Source: an uncultured Veillonellaceae bacterium
GTDB lineage: Bacteria > Bacillota > Negativicutes > JARBTT01
Assembly: GCA_963805085.1 (NCBI GenBank)
Contig: CAWDTA010000005.1
Location: forward strand, 416,001-480,000
Direction of reading: 5' to 3'
DNA length: 64,000 bases
Shown here: positions 1 through 10,226 of the stretch, piece after piece
How positions within the stretch are numbered: the first letter of the stretch is position 1
Layout: the number at the start of each line of letters is the position of its first letter
Program-made: the position numbers and the translations under genes
Notes under the pieces: model-generated
Databases searched by the model: none
Seen by the model: the letters and a program-made list of their open reading frames with translations, nothing else
What the model was told of the DNA's origin: nothing

Positions 1-84
1 AGGCATTTATTTTCATATACAGGTATATGGGGCTGGATTAAGTATCATGCAATGTGGAGTTAACTATATCTAACTATGAATTTT

Positions 85-393
85 CTATAGCAGTTGATTT
101 CTTTGATTTAATTGATCAATTTGTTTCTGTAGCTGCTTATTTTGTTCGATCAGCTCATTAATTTGTTTTTGTACTGCTGAAACTTGATGAGTACTGAGTA
201 AAAGTTGCTCGGCTACATTCGTTGATAATATTTGCCCAATTAGTGATAAAAAACTACTAAGGGTAACTTGTTCTTCAATTGTCAATTCTTGCTGTGTTAT
301 ATAGAAGCTAATCAAATAGCCTAGTAAAACAAATTCGTCTGGATTTAAATTGAAAAATAATGATTCTTCCAAAACGTTCACTCCATACAACAT
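85..393 (-). CDS. Hypothetical protein (DUF6774-like, C-terminal coiled coil)
   Basis: 102-aa ORF; NPDEFVLLG...EEQVTLSSFLSLIGQIL resembles small Firmicute hypothetical proteins; Q-rich heptad tail. Confidence 0.55.
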   Translation of the reverse strand: MLYGVNVLEESLFFNLNPDEFVLLGYLISFYITQQELTIEEQVTLSSFLSLIGQILSTNVAEQLLLSTHQVSAVQKQINELIEQNKQLQKQIDQLNQRNQLL

Positions 394-622
394 TCTCTTT
401 GTTTAGATTATGTTTTAATAAAAGCATCTATGAACATAAAATTTGTCCGACATTTTTCATACTGATAAAGTAAAAATAGTATGGTGAAGTCAGAGGAGGA
501 AATACTATAAATCATATGGGATTGAACAGTTTTGGGTGGAGACTTTTTTAAGTCAGAACTTCCCTAGTATTCTTCATAATGCCAAGCAGTGATTTCCATA
601 AAATTGTTTATAAATGAGAATT

Positions 623-661
623 CAAAAAGGCTAGATTGAATTTCTTCAATCTAGCCTTTTG
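623..661. terminator. Intrinsic terminator hairpin (bidirectional form)
   Basis: caaaaaggctagattgaa-ttt-cttcaatctagcctttttg inverted repeat downstream of the 696..1052 ORF. Confidence 0.75.
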
Positions 662-695
662 GGATCATATACGTAGTCTCCTGCAGCACTTATAT

Positions 696-1052
696 TCAGT
701 TCGATGATACTTTATTCGTGTTCGAAGTGGATGAGCTGCTGTTTGCTGCTTCTTCCTTGGCAGTCAGTTGTTGGATGATATTCTGAACTTTTCCGCTTGC
801 ATTATAATTTAAAACACTGTACAGTGAACCTGAAGACGAATCTGATGATGAATCGCCCATATAATCTGCAAGCGTAGCGTGACTCGATTGCAACATTGAT
901 ACATAAGTATCAAGATTACTACTCGTCAAATCGTCCGTTTTTGAAGAACTTACCGTGTTGCTTGAACTGCTATCCGAAGTGCTCGAATTCTTTGAGCTAT
1001 CTGATGATAATAAATTCAGAAGATTACTGGAAATATTGCTGATTGTTGACAT
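696..1052 (-). CDS. Ser/Thr-rich low-complexity hypothetical protein
   Basis: 118-aa ORF, very Ser-rich, followed by a terminator. Confidence 0.65.
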   Translation of the reverse strand: MSTISNISSNLLNLLSSDSSKNSSTSDSSSSNTVSSSKTDDLTSSNLDTYVSMLQSSHATLADYMGDSSSDSSSGSLYSVLNYNASGKVQNIIQQLTAKEEAANSSSSTSNTNKVSSN

Positions 1053-1142
1053 AATCCGACCTACTTTCCATTTTTATACTATCTAATTATATTATACTCT
1101 ACAGCATACTCCCATTCAAGACTATTTATATTTTTTTAAGAA

Positions 1143-1244
1143 TCAGTATTCTTAAATATGGCTATCCGTAAAGTTGTTGAATCTGATATTGTTGCTAAAA
1201 ATGTAGCTGATTTCATAGAAGGGCCAAAAGTTAAAAAAATCTAA
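1143..1244 (+). pseudogene. Possible tyrosine integrase fragment
   Basis: Reads SVFLNMAIRKVVESDIVAKNVADFIEGPKVKKI*, which resembles the end of the integrase core-binding domain. Confidence 0.4.
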
Positions 1245-1453
1245 AAAAGTTTTTATTCTAACAATGAAATACAATATCTAATGTACTTGCAAGGAGTTTT
1301 ACTAGTATTGAGATATAATATACTAGTAAAACTCTTTGTGGATCGTGAAATAGGTTAGGTTGCAGGGCGATTAGTAGACGAGATTTAAATGAGTGTTTTT
1401 AGGTATCCTAATAAAAATTGATCTTATAAAGAAAATTTGAGGAGTGGATGTAG

Positions 1454-2440
1454 ATGAAACTTGGAATCGCTGGTGCGGGAAATATTGTAGCGGAATTTTT
1501 ATCTTTTAAGGATGAAGTAGAAGGCCTTGAGCTTCAAGCAATTTATGCAAGAAATAATCGGGATGGAAAACTTGATAAACTTTGTAGTCAGTATCATATT
1601 GCGGAAAAATATACGAATTATGATGAAATGCTACGAAGCGATCAAATTGACACGGTCTATGTCGCGGTTGTCAACGATATCCATTATGAATTCTGTAAAA
1701 AGGCGTTGGAAGCTGGAAAGCATGCTATTTGCGAAAAACCGTTTACTGCAAATACGAAACAGCTTGAGGAGCTTTGCCAAATTGCAGAAGAAAAGCATTT
1801 GATGCTTCTTGAAGCAATTACAGTTATGTATATGCCATATTACCGGGAAATTCAGGAGCAAGTAGCTTTGCTCGGTAAAATAAAGATTGTGGAATGTAAT
1901 TATTCGCAGTATTCTAGCCGCTATGATGCTTTCAAACGTGGTGAAATCCTGCCAGCTTTTGATGTGAAACGCGCAGGTGGCGCATTGATGGATTTGAATA
2001 TTTATAATGTCCATTTTGTTACCGGTTTGTTTGGAAAGCCACAAGAGGTGCATTATTATGCCAATATTGAAAAGGAAATTGATGTGTCGGGCATGTTAAT
2101 TCTTACCTATCCATCTTTTCAGTGCGTATGCATTGGGGCCAAAGACTGTGCCGCTCCTGTAGTATCTAATATTCAAGGTGACGCTGGTTGTATTCACCTT
2201 GAGCAACCGACAAATGCTTGTACAGCATTTCAAAAAATTATAAATAAGCAAGCTGCTGAAAATTATGATTTTGATGAAAACAGACACCGGATGTACTACG
2301 AATTTGTCAAAATCACGGAGTTGATTGATGGTGAAAATTATCAAGAGGTAGGGAAACGCCTGGCACATAGCCGTATTGCATTGAATGTGTTAGTAGAAGC
2401 AAGAAAAAGTGCTGGGATTATCTTTTCTGGTGATGAATAA
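1454..2440 (+). CDS. Gfo/Idh/MocA family NAD(P)-dependent oxidoreductase
   Basis: GIAGAGNI Rossmann motif, CEKP motif, GGALMDLNIY. Confidence 0.92.
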   Translation: MKLGIAGAGNIVAEFLSFKDEVEGLELQAIYARNNRDGKLDKLCSQYHIAEKYTNYDEMLRSDQIDTVYVAVVNDIHYEFCKKALEAGKHAICEKPFTANTKQLEELCQIAEEKHLMLLEAITVMYMPYYREIQEQVALLGKIKIVECNYSQYSSRYDAFKRGEILPAFDVKRAGGALMDLNIYNVHFVTGLFGKPQEVHYYANIEKEIDVSGMLILTYPSFQCVCIGAKDCAAPVVSNIQGDAGCIHLEQPTNACTAFQKIINKQAAENYDFDENRHRMYYEFVKITELIDGENYQEVGKRLAHSRIALNVLVEARKSAGIIFSGDE

Positions 2441-2894
2441 GCGGTTGGGTGTATGTACCTAAAAAGGATATAGATGTGTAATCGTAAATTATCCATGTGT
2501 TCCTGCTAAAACCTATTTTTTCTACAATTTTTCTAAGAGAAATGATGCATTTGATATTTAACGGAAGTCTCAATTGATAAATGCTTCCGAAAGTTGTATA
2601 AATTTCATACAAATCCTCCGACTTTTTGAAGCGGGGGATTTTTTTCTGCAACACTAATTTAGGAGATACGTTAGCAATAAACGAAGTCGTTATTCCCGGA
2701 GAAAGCACATCGCTTCCTGATATTCTTTTATTTAATTGCTATAATGATAATTTTAAATTCAAAATATTATCATTATATAATCATAAAGTAATCAAAAATA
2801 TTAATAAATATCATAACAATATTGCAATGTTATTATCTAAATGTTATCATAGTCTAAGAATGTTATTACTTTTTAGGAAGAAGGTTGTATTACT

Positions 2895-4406
2895 ATGCAA
2901 GAAATAAAAAAATTGCAGTACTACGTAAACGGAGAATTCAAAACTTCTAAAACCGAAGTCTATTCGGATGCCTTTGATCCAAGTACCGGAGAAATCATTG
3001 CTAAAGTACCGCGTTGTACTCCGGAGGAAGTAACAGAAGCCATTGCTAGTGCGAAGGCTGCATATCCTGCCTGGTCAGCGACACCAGTAATAAAAAGGGT
3101 TCAAATATTGTATAAATTTCGTGAACTCTTAGTAGAGAACATGGAAGAACTTACACATTTAGTAGCATTAGAAAACGGAAAAGCTTGGAGCGAAGCTGAA
3201 GGCGATGTACTAAAGGCTAAAGAAGGAACAGAACAAGCATTGTCGGCACCTTCTTTAATGATGGGCGAAATCCTTTTGGATGCCTCCCAAAGCTATGACA
3301 CTGTATCTTATCGCGAACCGCTTGGTGTATTCGCTGGTATTATTCCTTTCAATTTTCCCGCAATGATTCCTATGGGGTGGATGACTCCAATCTGTATTGC
3401 TTGCGGTAATACGATTGTATTAAAAGCTGCGACTTTTACACCACAAACATGCATGCGTATCGCTGAATTGTATAAAGAAGCAGGCTTGCCTGATGGCGTT
3501 ATTAATATTGTCACGTGTTCTCGGCATGAGGCAGAAATTTTATTGACACATCCTGATGTTAAAGGTATCACCTTTGTAGGTTCTACCGAAGTTGGTATGC
3601 ACATTTATTCAACAGCTGCTGCTTCAGGAAAAAGAGTGCAGGCCTTATGTGAAGCAAAAAATCATGCATTGGTCTTAGAAGATGCGCCGATTGACCGAAC
3701 AGCCGCGGGAATTGTGAATGCCGCGTTCGGTTGCGCTGGTGAACGTTGTATGGCGTTACCTGTTGTGGTTGTGCAAGAAAGCATAGCTGATGCCTTGGTG
3801 AAAGCACTTATTGAACAAGCAAAAACGCTGACCATCGGACCAGCTTATGATAAAACAACAAAACTCGGACCTGTCATTAATGCCGCTCATAAAAAATCAG
3901 TTCTAAACTGGATTCAGCAGGGGATTGATGAAGGTGCTGATCTTGTTCTTGACGGAAGAAATGTTACCGTAAAAGGCTATGAAAAAGGTTTTTATGTTGG
4001 ACCTACTATCCTAGATAATGTGAAAGATAATATGAGTGTCGGAACAAAAGAAATTTTCGGACCTGTACTTTGTATTAAAAGAGTGAAAACGTTTGAAGAA
4101 GGACTTGCTATAATGAATGATAATCCTTATGCTAATGGCTCTGTAATCTTCACTCAAAATGGCCATTATGCTAGAGAATTCGTTCGTCATACCGATGGCG
4201 GCATGGTTGGCGTAAACGTTGGCATTCCTGTCCCAGTTGGAATGTTCCCGTTCAACGGACATAAAAAATCCTTCTTTGGTGATTTGCACTGCCTAGGAAA
4301 AGATGGGTATCGTTTTTATACGGAAAGGAAAGTTGTGACCACTCACTGGTTTGATGAGCATGAGAAAAAAGCAAAAACTGTTAGTACTTGGGATGGAACA
4401 ATTTGA
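2895..4406 (+). CDS. iolA: CoA-acylating (methyl)malonate-semialdehyde dehydrogenase
   Basis: ALDH fold: PFNFPAMIP, FVGST, AKNH, GERCMA catalytic Cys, EIFGPV, GVNVGIPVP. Confidence 0.9.
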   Translation: MQEIKKLQYYVNGEFKTSKTEVYSDAFDPSTGEIIAKVPRCTPEEVTEAIASAKAAYPAWSATPVIKRVQILYKFRELLVENMEELTHLVALENGKAWSEAEGDVLKAKEGTEQALSAPSLMMGEILLDASQSYDTVSYREPLGVFAGIIPFNFPAMIPMGWMTPICIACGNTIVLKAATFTPQTCMRIAELYKEAGLPDGVINIVTCSRHEAEILLTHPDVKGITFVGSTEVGMHIYSTAAASGKRVQALCEAKNHALVLEDAPIDRTAAGIVNAAFGCAGERCMALPVVVVQESIADALVKALIEQAKTLTIGPAYDKTTKLGPVINAAHKKSVLNWIQQGIDEGADLVLDGRNVTVKGYEKGFYVGPTILDNVKDNMSVGTKEIFGPVLCIKRVKTFEEGLAIMNDNPYANGSVIFTQNGHYAREFVRHTDGGMVGVNVGIPVPVGMFPFNGHKKSFFGDLHCLGKDGYRFYTERKVVTTHWFDEHEKKAKTVSTWDGTI

Positions 4407-4474
4407 TAAATAAATTAAGGCACACCACCTTATGCATCATTGAATTGCTCCAGTTAAATTAATAGCTGATGACG

Positions 4475-4522
4475 ATGGTCACAATAACATAATAAAATAT
4501 GTTATTGTGACCATTTTTTTTT
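4475..4522 (+). terminator. Intrinsic terminator after iolA/mmsA
   Basis: atggtcacaataacata-loop-tatgttattgtgaccat followed by a T tract. Confidence 0.8.
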
Positions 4523-4825
4523 ATTGTGTTTTAGAACAGAAAATTTAGATTATAATATAGATGAATATATTTTATAGAGACAAAGAGCATCTCTGCTCTT
4601 TGTGTTAAACGTAATAAGAAGGTTACCTTGGTATAAGCAATATAGGTGCAACAATAGGTAAATATATAATCTGAGCCGTTATAATAGCTGCGTCTTGTAA
4701 TGTAGAACAAAGAACTATACTAGTGGTTTTCATTATTATATTAAAAAGAACATTATTTATAGCTGACACATTTATGTGATTTGTTTTGAAGAATGTTCTT
4801 TCTTTTTGTAAGATTAGAAGATTTA

Positions 4826-5377
4826 TTAAAGATCCAATTGCTTGATAATACCGTTCGAAAAAGAATCTGACATGAGTAAAGCTTCTTTTTCAATTTGGTC
4901 AAATATAAGGATATCTTTTCTGTATTCTTTCTTTAAGTGGGCAACGGCTTCTTCTTTGGTTAACGCTAAGTGTTTGTACCACATAGATTGCATGGATTGT
5001 TTGGTCCAATTGGGATTAATATGATTTAGGAAACAGACGATTTCATCAGCATTGTGATACCAACGGGCTTCGGCATTTTCGGCTAATGATTGGTCATTAC
5101 TTTTGGCGGCGCTAATAAGTTCAGCTGCGATTAGTAGATGTTCTTTGATTAAATAACCAAATTCCATGGCATCTTGATTTTTATAATAACGTTTAAAAAG
5201 TTGGGCAAAATCTGACGCATTGCGTAATAAACGCTCATTGGTTTGTTTTAAATTTGGGAGATTATCAATAAGGCTTATTATGGTTAGCCTGGTCCAGTAT
5301 ACATGCTGTTCCCATAATAAACGGAAGTGATCTCTGGTAAAGAGCTTGGCACTATTAAAGCACAAACGTTCAGTCAT
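4826..5377 (-). CDS. Conserved helical Firmicute protein of unknown function (family often mislabelled 'acetylglutamate kinase')
   Basis: LWEQHVYWTRLTIIS, HLLIAAEL, WYHNADEI, INPNW motifs; no kinase motifs. Confidence 0.7.
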   Translation of the reverse strand: MTERLCFNSAKLFTRDHFRLLWEQHVYWTRLTIISLIDNLPNLKQTNERLLRNASDFAQLFKRYYKNQDAMEFGYLIKEHLLIAAELISAAKSNDQSLAENAEARWYHNADEIVCFLNHINPNWTKQSMQSMWYKHLALTKEEAVAHLKKEYRKDILIFDQIEKEALLMSDSFSNGIIKQLDL

Positions 5378-5763
5378 GGCTTCATCGCCTTTCGGGTTTT
5401 TATATTATAGTATGTAGTGTTGAAAATTTAGGAACTAAAGTGAAAAAAATAATTATTGTACTACAGATAGTTCGTAAAAAATCAATAGCACGCATGTTAT
5501 AGCTGAAAAACGAAAAAAGAAAATATGGATCAGAAAAAAAAGGTATTTTTAGTTTATGTTTGCACTTTATGGTAAAATACAATATTAAAAAGAAGGAATT
5601 TTTAGAAAAATGTATAATATTACAAATAACAACTTGGTTCAATAGTTTAATTAAGTTTAATTATTGATGTTGGTCGAATTTGGTTGGAATTATTTATATT
5701 TTTGTTAGTTATTCATGCTATTTTGTTATAGAATTATGATTATAGCTGAGATGGAGGAAAAAG

Positions 5764-7452
5764 ATGAGATTTACTATTGGTAAGCAGATATCAGCGACAT
5801 GTATATTGATTATTGCGATATTTATGATGATGAATTTGTATATGTACTATCGTATAACTGTGGTCGAGCATACTTATCAAATTTTACTTGAAGATTCTAC
5901 ACAGTTCACAAGTGCGGCAAAAGATATTCGTTCCCAATTATGGCTGCGTAACACGTACATACGTAATTACATATTAACTGGTGATGCTAAAGATCTAGAT
6001 CGCAGTAATGAAGTTAAAAAGTCAACCGAAGCACAGGTAAGTGAACTCGAAAATAAGATGAAATTTTCTAGCTCATCAAGAGAAATTGGGATTTTAAAGC
6101 TGGCATTAAACGAATATAGCAAAACCCTGGATCAAGGGGCGGAAGTTAGAAAAAAATTAGGAATAGAGGGAACTTTAAAGTTCCTCGCCGCTTCGGGAAA
6201 AAGAGCCGAAGGTATGGAAATTATTATTGATAATTTTACTGGATTTGTGAGTCAGCAGATTAGAGCGCAAATTGAAGAAACCAAGGCTCAGCAAAGTAGG
6301 GCAACTTTGATTGTTATCTTATGCAATATTGGGATTTTGTTCATTGCCATGGTGGCAGCAGTAATGTTAGCTCGTAAAATTTCACGACCAGTAACAGCAA
6401 TGGCAGCTACCGCTGAAAACGTTGCTGGCGGAGATTTGAGAAGTAGAGAAATAAAATATCATTTTAATGATGAAATTGGTGATATGTCAATTTCTATACA
6501 AAAAATGGTTGATGGCTTACGAGGTATGGTACAGCAAGTGATAGCGACAGCAACTCAAGTTGCTTCGGCGAGTAATCAATTAAATTTAGTATCTGAGCAA
6601 TCAGCTGAGGCGGCAGAAGAAGTTGCAAGAACAACGACGCAGTTAGCTAGTGGAGCGGTAGTACAAACAAATGAAATGAATCAAGTTGTCGATGAAGTGA
6701 GCGATATTGTTTTCAATATCAATCATGTGGCAAGTAATGCGGCTTCGTTATCTTTGCGGGCGACCAAAACCGCTGAGGTCGCTATTGTGGGGAAAACAGC
6801 CGTGACTAAGGTTGGCAATCAGATGCGAGTCATTAATAACTCGGTTAATCAATCCTCTCAGGGTATTAAGGAATTAGGCGAAAGTTCGCAACAGATTGGC
6901 AATATCGTTCAAGTCATCAGTAATATTGCGAGTCAAACCAATATGCTAGCACTGAATGCTGCAATTGAGGCGGCCAGAGCTGGCGAACACGGTCGTGGTT
7001 TTGCCGTCGTTGCTGATGAAGTAAAAAAGTTAGCTGATCAGTCTCAAATGGCTGCTCAAAATATTGCCAATATTGTAAAGACTATTCAATCAAAAATAAA
7101 TGATGTTGTTACGACGATGGAAAAGGGGAGCCAAGATGTTCAGCAGGGCACGGATGACATGTCCAGTACATTAGAACAATTTAATCATATTGCAACATTG
7201 ATCCAAGAACTTGAACAGCAGATCGGTGAAATCACTGTGGCAACCGCCAATGTATCTTCATCTGGGGATAAAGTATTGGTGTCTATCAGTAGTGTGAAAA
7301 AGATGGTTGAGGAAACGGTATCGGGAACACATACGATTTCTGCTGCTACCGAAGAACAGCTTGCTTCGATGGAAGAAATATCATCGTCAAGTAGCATTCT
7401 AGCAAAAAAGGCAAAAGAATTAGAAACAATGATGGCGCGATTTGAAATTTGA
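5764..7452 (+). CDS. Methyl-accepting chemotaxis protein (2 TM, helical sensor, HAMP)
   Basis: [34 protein letters not shown] signalling hairpin. Confidence 0.95.
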   Translation: MRFTIGKQISATCILIIAIFMMMNLYMYYRITVVEHTYQILLEDSTQFTSAAKDIRSQLWLRNTYIRNYILTGDAKDLDRSNEVKKSTEAQVSELENKMKFSSSSREIGILKLALNEYSKTLDQGAEVRKKLGIEGTLKFLAASGKRAEGMEIIIDNFTGFVSQQIRAQIEETKAQQSRATLIVILCNIGILFIAMVAAVMLARKISRPVTAMAATAENVAGGDLRSREIKYHFNDEIGDMSISIQKMVDGLRGMVQQVIATATQVASASNQLNLVSEQSAEAAEEVARTTTQLASGAVVQTNEMNQVVDEVSDIVFNINHVASNAASLSLRATKTAEVAIVGKTAVTKVGNQMRVINNSVNQSSQGIKELGESSQQIGNIVQVISNIASQTNMLALNAAIEAARAGEHGRGFAVVADEVKKLADQSQMAAQNIANIVKTIQSKINDVVTTMEKGSQDVQQGTDDMSSTLEQFNHIATLIQELEQQIGEITVATANVSSSGDKVLVSISSVKKMVEETVSGTHTISAATEEQLASMEEISSSSSILAKKAKELETMMARFEI

Positions 7453-7483
7453 TTAAACATATAAAGTTTGCTGGAGGCATAAT

Positions 7484-8479
7484 ATGAATAAAACTAAATT
7501 GACGATTTTTTATGTTATGATTTTATCTTTGCTCGTAGTTTCAACTGGTTGTGGCTCGTTAAGTTTAAAGGATGACAAGCCTAAAGAAGTAATTTTAAAA
7601 GCTGCAGATGTTCATCCTGATAATTATCCTACTACAAAAAGTACAAAATATTTGGCCGAGTTATTAGAGGAGCGTAGTAATGGTCGGATAAAATTACAAC
7701 TTTATCCGGGTGGTCAACTTGGCGAAGGCAAAACTATTGACGATGCTATGGCAGAGGGCATCATTGATATAGATCGCGAAGGAATAGATCGATATAGTAA
7801 AGATATTAAGATGGTGCAAGCTTTCATGATGCCCTATATTTTCCGTGATTCCGCACATGAATGGAAAGTGCTTGAAGGTCCTATTGGTGATCGGTTAAAA
7901 GAAGAATTAAAAAATAATGATAAGATTGTTTTGGCTTTTTATGATTCTGGTATGCGAAGTTTTTATAGTAAGAAACCGATTCATACACCGGAAGATATGA
8001 AAGGAATGAAATTTAGAACTTTGTCTGGGGATGTTTTCAAAAATATGTTGGAAATCGTGAATGCCGAAGGAATGAATTTAGCTTATAATGATATTTATCC
8101 AGGCTTACAGATAGGAAAAATAGATGGAGCTGAAAATAATATACCAAGCTACTTAACGGCGAAACATTTTGAGATAGCGAAATACTATACCTTGGATGAG
8201 CATTTGGCAATACCAGAAATTTTGTTTATTAGTAAACAGGCTTGGGAGAAATTAAGTCCGGACGATCAAAAATTATTATTGGAATGCGGAACAGAAGCAG
8301 GCAAATATCAGCGTAAGTTATGGGCAGAATTTACCCAGGAAGGTACAGAAGAATTAAAGAGCCAAGGCGTAGAGTTTATCACTCCGGATAAAGCTGCATT
8401 TCGTAATGAAATGAATTCTTTATATCAAAAATATCCAGACAGTTTAACGCTGATCAAAGAAATACAGGCTGTAAATTAA
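7484..8479 (+). CDS. dctP: TRAP transporter substrate-binding lipoprotein (DctP family)
   Basis: Lipobox VSTGC; SNGRIKLQLYPGGQLG; DMKGMKFR with conserved Arg; IDGAENN. Confidence 0.9.
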   Translation: MNKTKLTIFYVMILSLLVVSTGCGSLSLKDDKPKEVILKAADVHPDNYPTTKSTKYLAELLEERSNGRIKLQLYPGGQLGEGKTIDDAMAEGIIDIDREGIDRYSKDIKMVQAFMMPYIFRDSAHEWKVLEGPIGDRLKEELKNNDKIVLAFYDSGMRSFYSKKPIHTPEDMKGMKFRTLSGDVFKNMLEIVNAEGMNLAYNDIYPGLQIGKIDGAENNIPSYLTAKHFEIAKYYTLDEHLAIPEILFISKQAWEKLSPDDQKLLLECGTEAGKYQRKLWAEFTQEGTEELKSQGVEFITPDKAAFRNEMNSLYQKYPDSLTLIKEIQAVN

Positions 8480-8507
8480 TCAAAATAAAGTGAGGTGGAT
8501 TTTTAAA

Positions 8508-9083
8508 GTGTTTCAAGATCTTGTAATGAAAAACCGTAGTTATAGACGTTTTTTTGAAGAAGAAAAAATTACACAGGAAACGTTACTTAATTTAGTAGAT
8601 TATGCCAGGGTGGTGCCATCTGGAGCGAATAAGCAGGCACTTCGCTATTATCTTGCGAATGAGAAAGAACATAATGAACAGATATTTCAAACGTTAGGCT
8701 GGGCGGGATATTTAAAAGATTGGCAGGGGCCAGTTGCTGGCGAAAGACCAGCCGCCTACATTATTTTACTGCAAGATAGCAGTTATAAGATGGCTGCTAG
8801 TTTTGATGCTGGTATCGTTGCACAGACGATATTGCTTGGTGCAACTGAAATAGGACTTGGAGGCTGCATGATTGGCAATATCCAGGCTGAAAAGTTAAAA
8901 CAAGTATTAAATCTTGCAGGAAATTTAGAGATTGTACTTGTCATTGCGCTTGGAAAACCAAAAGAATCAGTTGTGATTGAAACAATGAATGGCAACGAAA
9001 ATATCAAATACTGGCGCGATGAACAGCAGATCCATCACGTACCAAAACGGAGCTTACACGATATTATCGTAAGTTCAAAGTAA
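8508..9083 (+). CDS. Nitroreductase family protein
   Basis: NRSYRRF, PSGANKQ, GLGGCMIG; GTG start after a GAGGTG RBS. Confidence 0.9.
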   Translation: MFQDLVMKNRSYRRFFEEEKITQETLLNLVDYARVVPSGANKQALRYYLANEKEHNEQIFQTLGWAGYLKDWQGPVAGERPAAYIILLQDSSYKMAASFDAGIVAQTILLGATEIGLGGCMIGNIQAEKLKQVLNLAGNLEIVLVIALGKPKESVVIETMNGNENIKYWRDEQQIHHVPKRSLHDIIVSSK

Positions 9084-9148
9084 TCAAATTGAGATGAATA
9101 AAAAACAGAGATAACATTCCTTTTATTTAGGAAGTTATCTCTGTTTCA

Positions 9149-9427
9149 TTATAAGCCGTGTTTTACTCTATCGTGTTCTTCAGCGCGTTTGGCATTATTC
9201 CATCTATCTACGGTACCAACGAGATAGCCGGTAATGCGACGAATGCGGTCAAATTTAACTGGATCAAAATCATATTTCATCTCAACTTCATCGTTATCAA
9301 TTGTTAATTCTAAATTTTTCAATATTTGATTGGGATGATTCATTGTAATATATTCAATATAATTTAAAATCTCTTGTTTTTCAATTTCTCCATTGTGTAC
9401 GGTAACGTTTACATTACTGATGATCAT
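9149..9427 (-). CDS. Small protein with the NrdD C-terminal glycyl-radical motif
   Basis: Ends RIRRITGYLVGTVDRWNNAKRAEEHDRVKH; strong GGAGG RBS; shares a terminator at ~9101-9147. Confidence 0.85.
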   Translation of the reverse strand: MIISNVNVTVHNGEIEKQEILNYIEYITMNHPNQILKNLELTIDNDEVEMKYDFDPVKFDRIRRITGYLVGTVDRWNNAKRAEEHDRVKHGL

Positions 9428-9694
9428 AGCTTATTCCTCCAAAATGAATTTATTATTAATTTATAACCGTTATTAATTAATTCTATAGCTTATTTAAAAC
9501 TCCTGCTAATGATTTAAAATAAAGATGAATCATTTTATCTAAGGAACATAGGATGCTGCTCTTTTAGCAAAGCTAGTAAATAATTTTTGATTTTATGATA
9601 TAATGAATGGGCTAAATGTATAGGCTAGCTGTATAGGAAAACCTAGTTTAGATAAAATATAGCTTGAACTATCATCGTTTTAAGGAGATGTCAG

Positions 9695-10123
9695 ATGACT
9701 TTTTTTAATGATTTTAAAAAATTTGCTATGCGTGGCAATGTTTTAGATATGGCTGTTGGGGTTGTCATTGGAGCAGCGTTTGGAAAAATTATTTCTTCTT
9801 TCGTGTCTAATATTTTAATGCCACCATTAGGATTGTTGGTTGGTAGAATGGATTTTTCAAATCTTTTTATCAATCTTTCAGGTCAATCCGTACATACGTT
9901 AGCTGAAGCGCAAGCAGCTAATGTTCCAGTCATTGCGTATGGTTTATTTTTAAATGCTGTAATTGATTTTACTATTGTAGCATTCGCAATTTTCTTTTTG
10001 CTTAGACAAATAAATCGCTTTTGTCCGAAACCTGAACCTGAAGTTGAGCGGAAATGCCCATACTGTTTTTCCACCATTCATGAAAAAGCAACGAGATGTT
10101 CGCATTGTACATCGACACTTTAA
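9695..10123 (+). CDS. mscL: Large-conductance mechanosensitive channel with C-terminal zinc-ribbon-like tail
   Basis: FKKFAMRGNVLDMAVGVVIGAAFGKII; YGLFLNAVIDF; CPYC...CSHC. Confidence 0.95.
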   Translation: MTFFNDFKKFAMRGNVLDMAVGVVIGAAFGKIISSFVSNILMPPLGLLVGRMDFSNLFINLSGQSVHTLAEAQAANVPVIAYGLFLNAVIDFTIVAFAIFFLLRQINRFCPKPEPEVERKCPYCFSTIHEKATRCSHCTSTL

Positions 10124-10226
10124 CGGTGTCATCCTTATTACATAAAACGCTTACCCATTATGCGTGTTAAGCGATTTTATTTATAAATTTATAATTTCTA
10201 TAAAGAAAAGAGGTCAATATTTTATT

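Noticed and set aside
2418-2907. ORFs 2418..2708 (-) and 2626..2907 (+)
   Set aside because: No RBS or recognisable motifs; they span a terminator and the iolA promoter.
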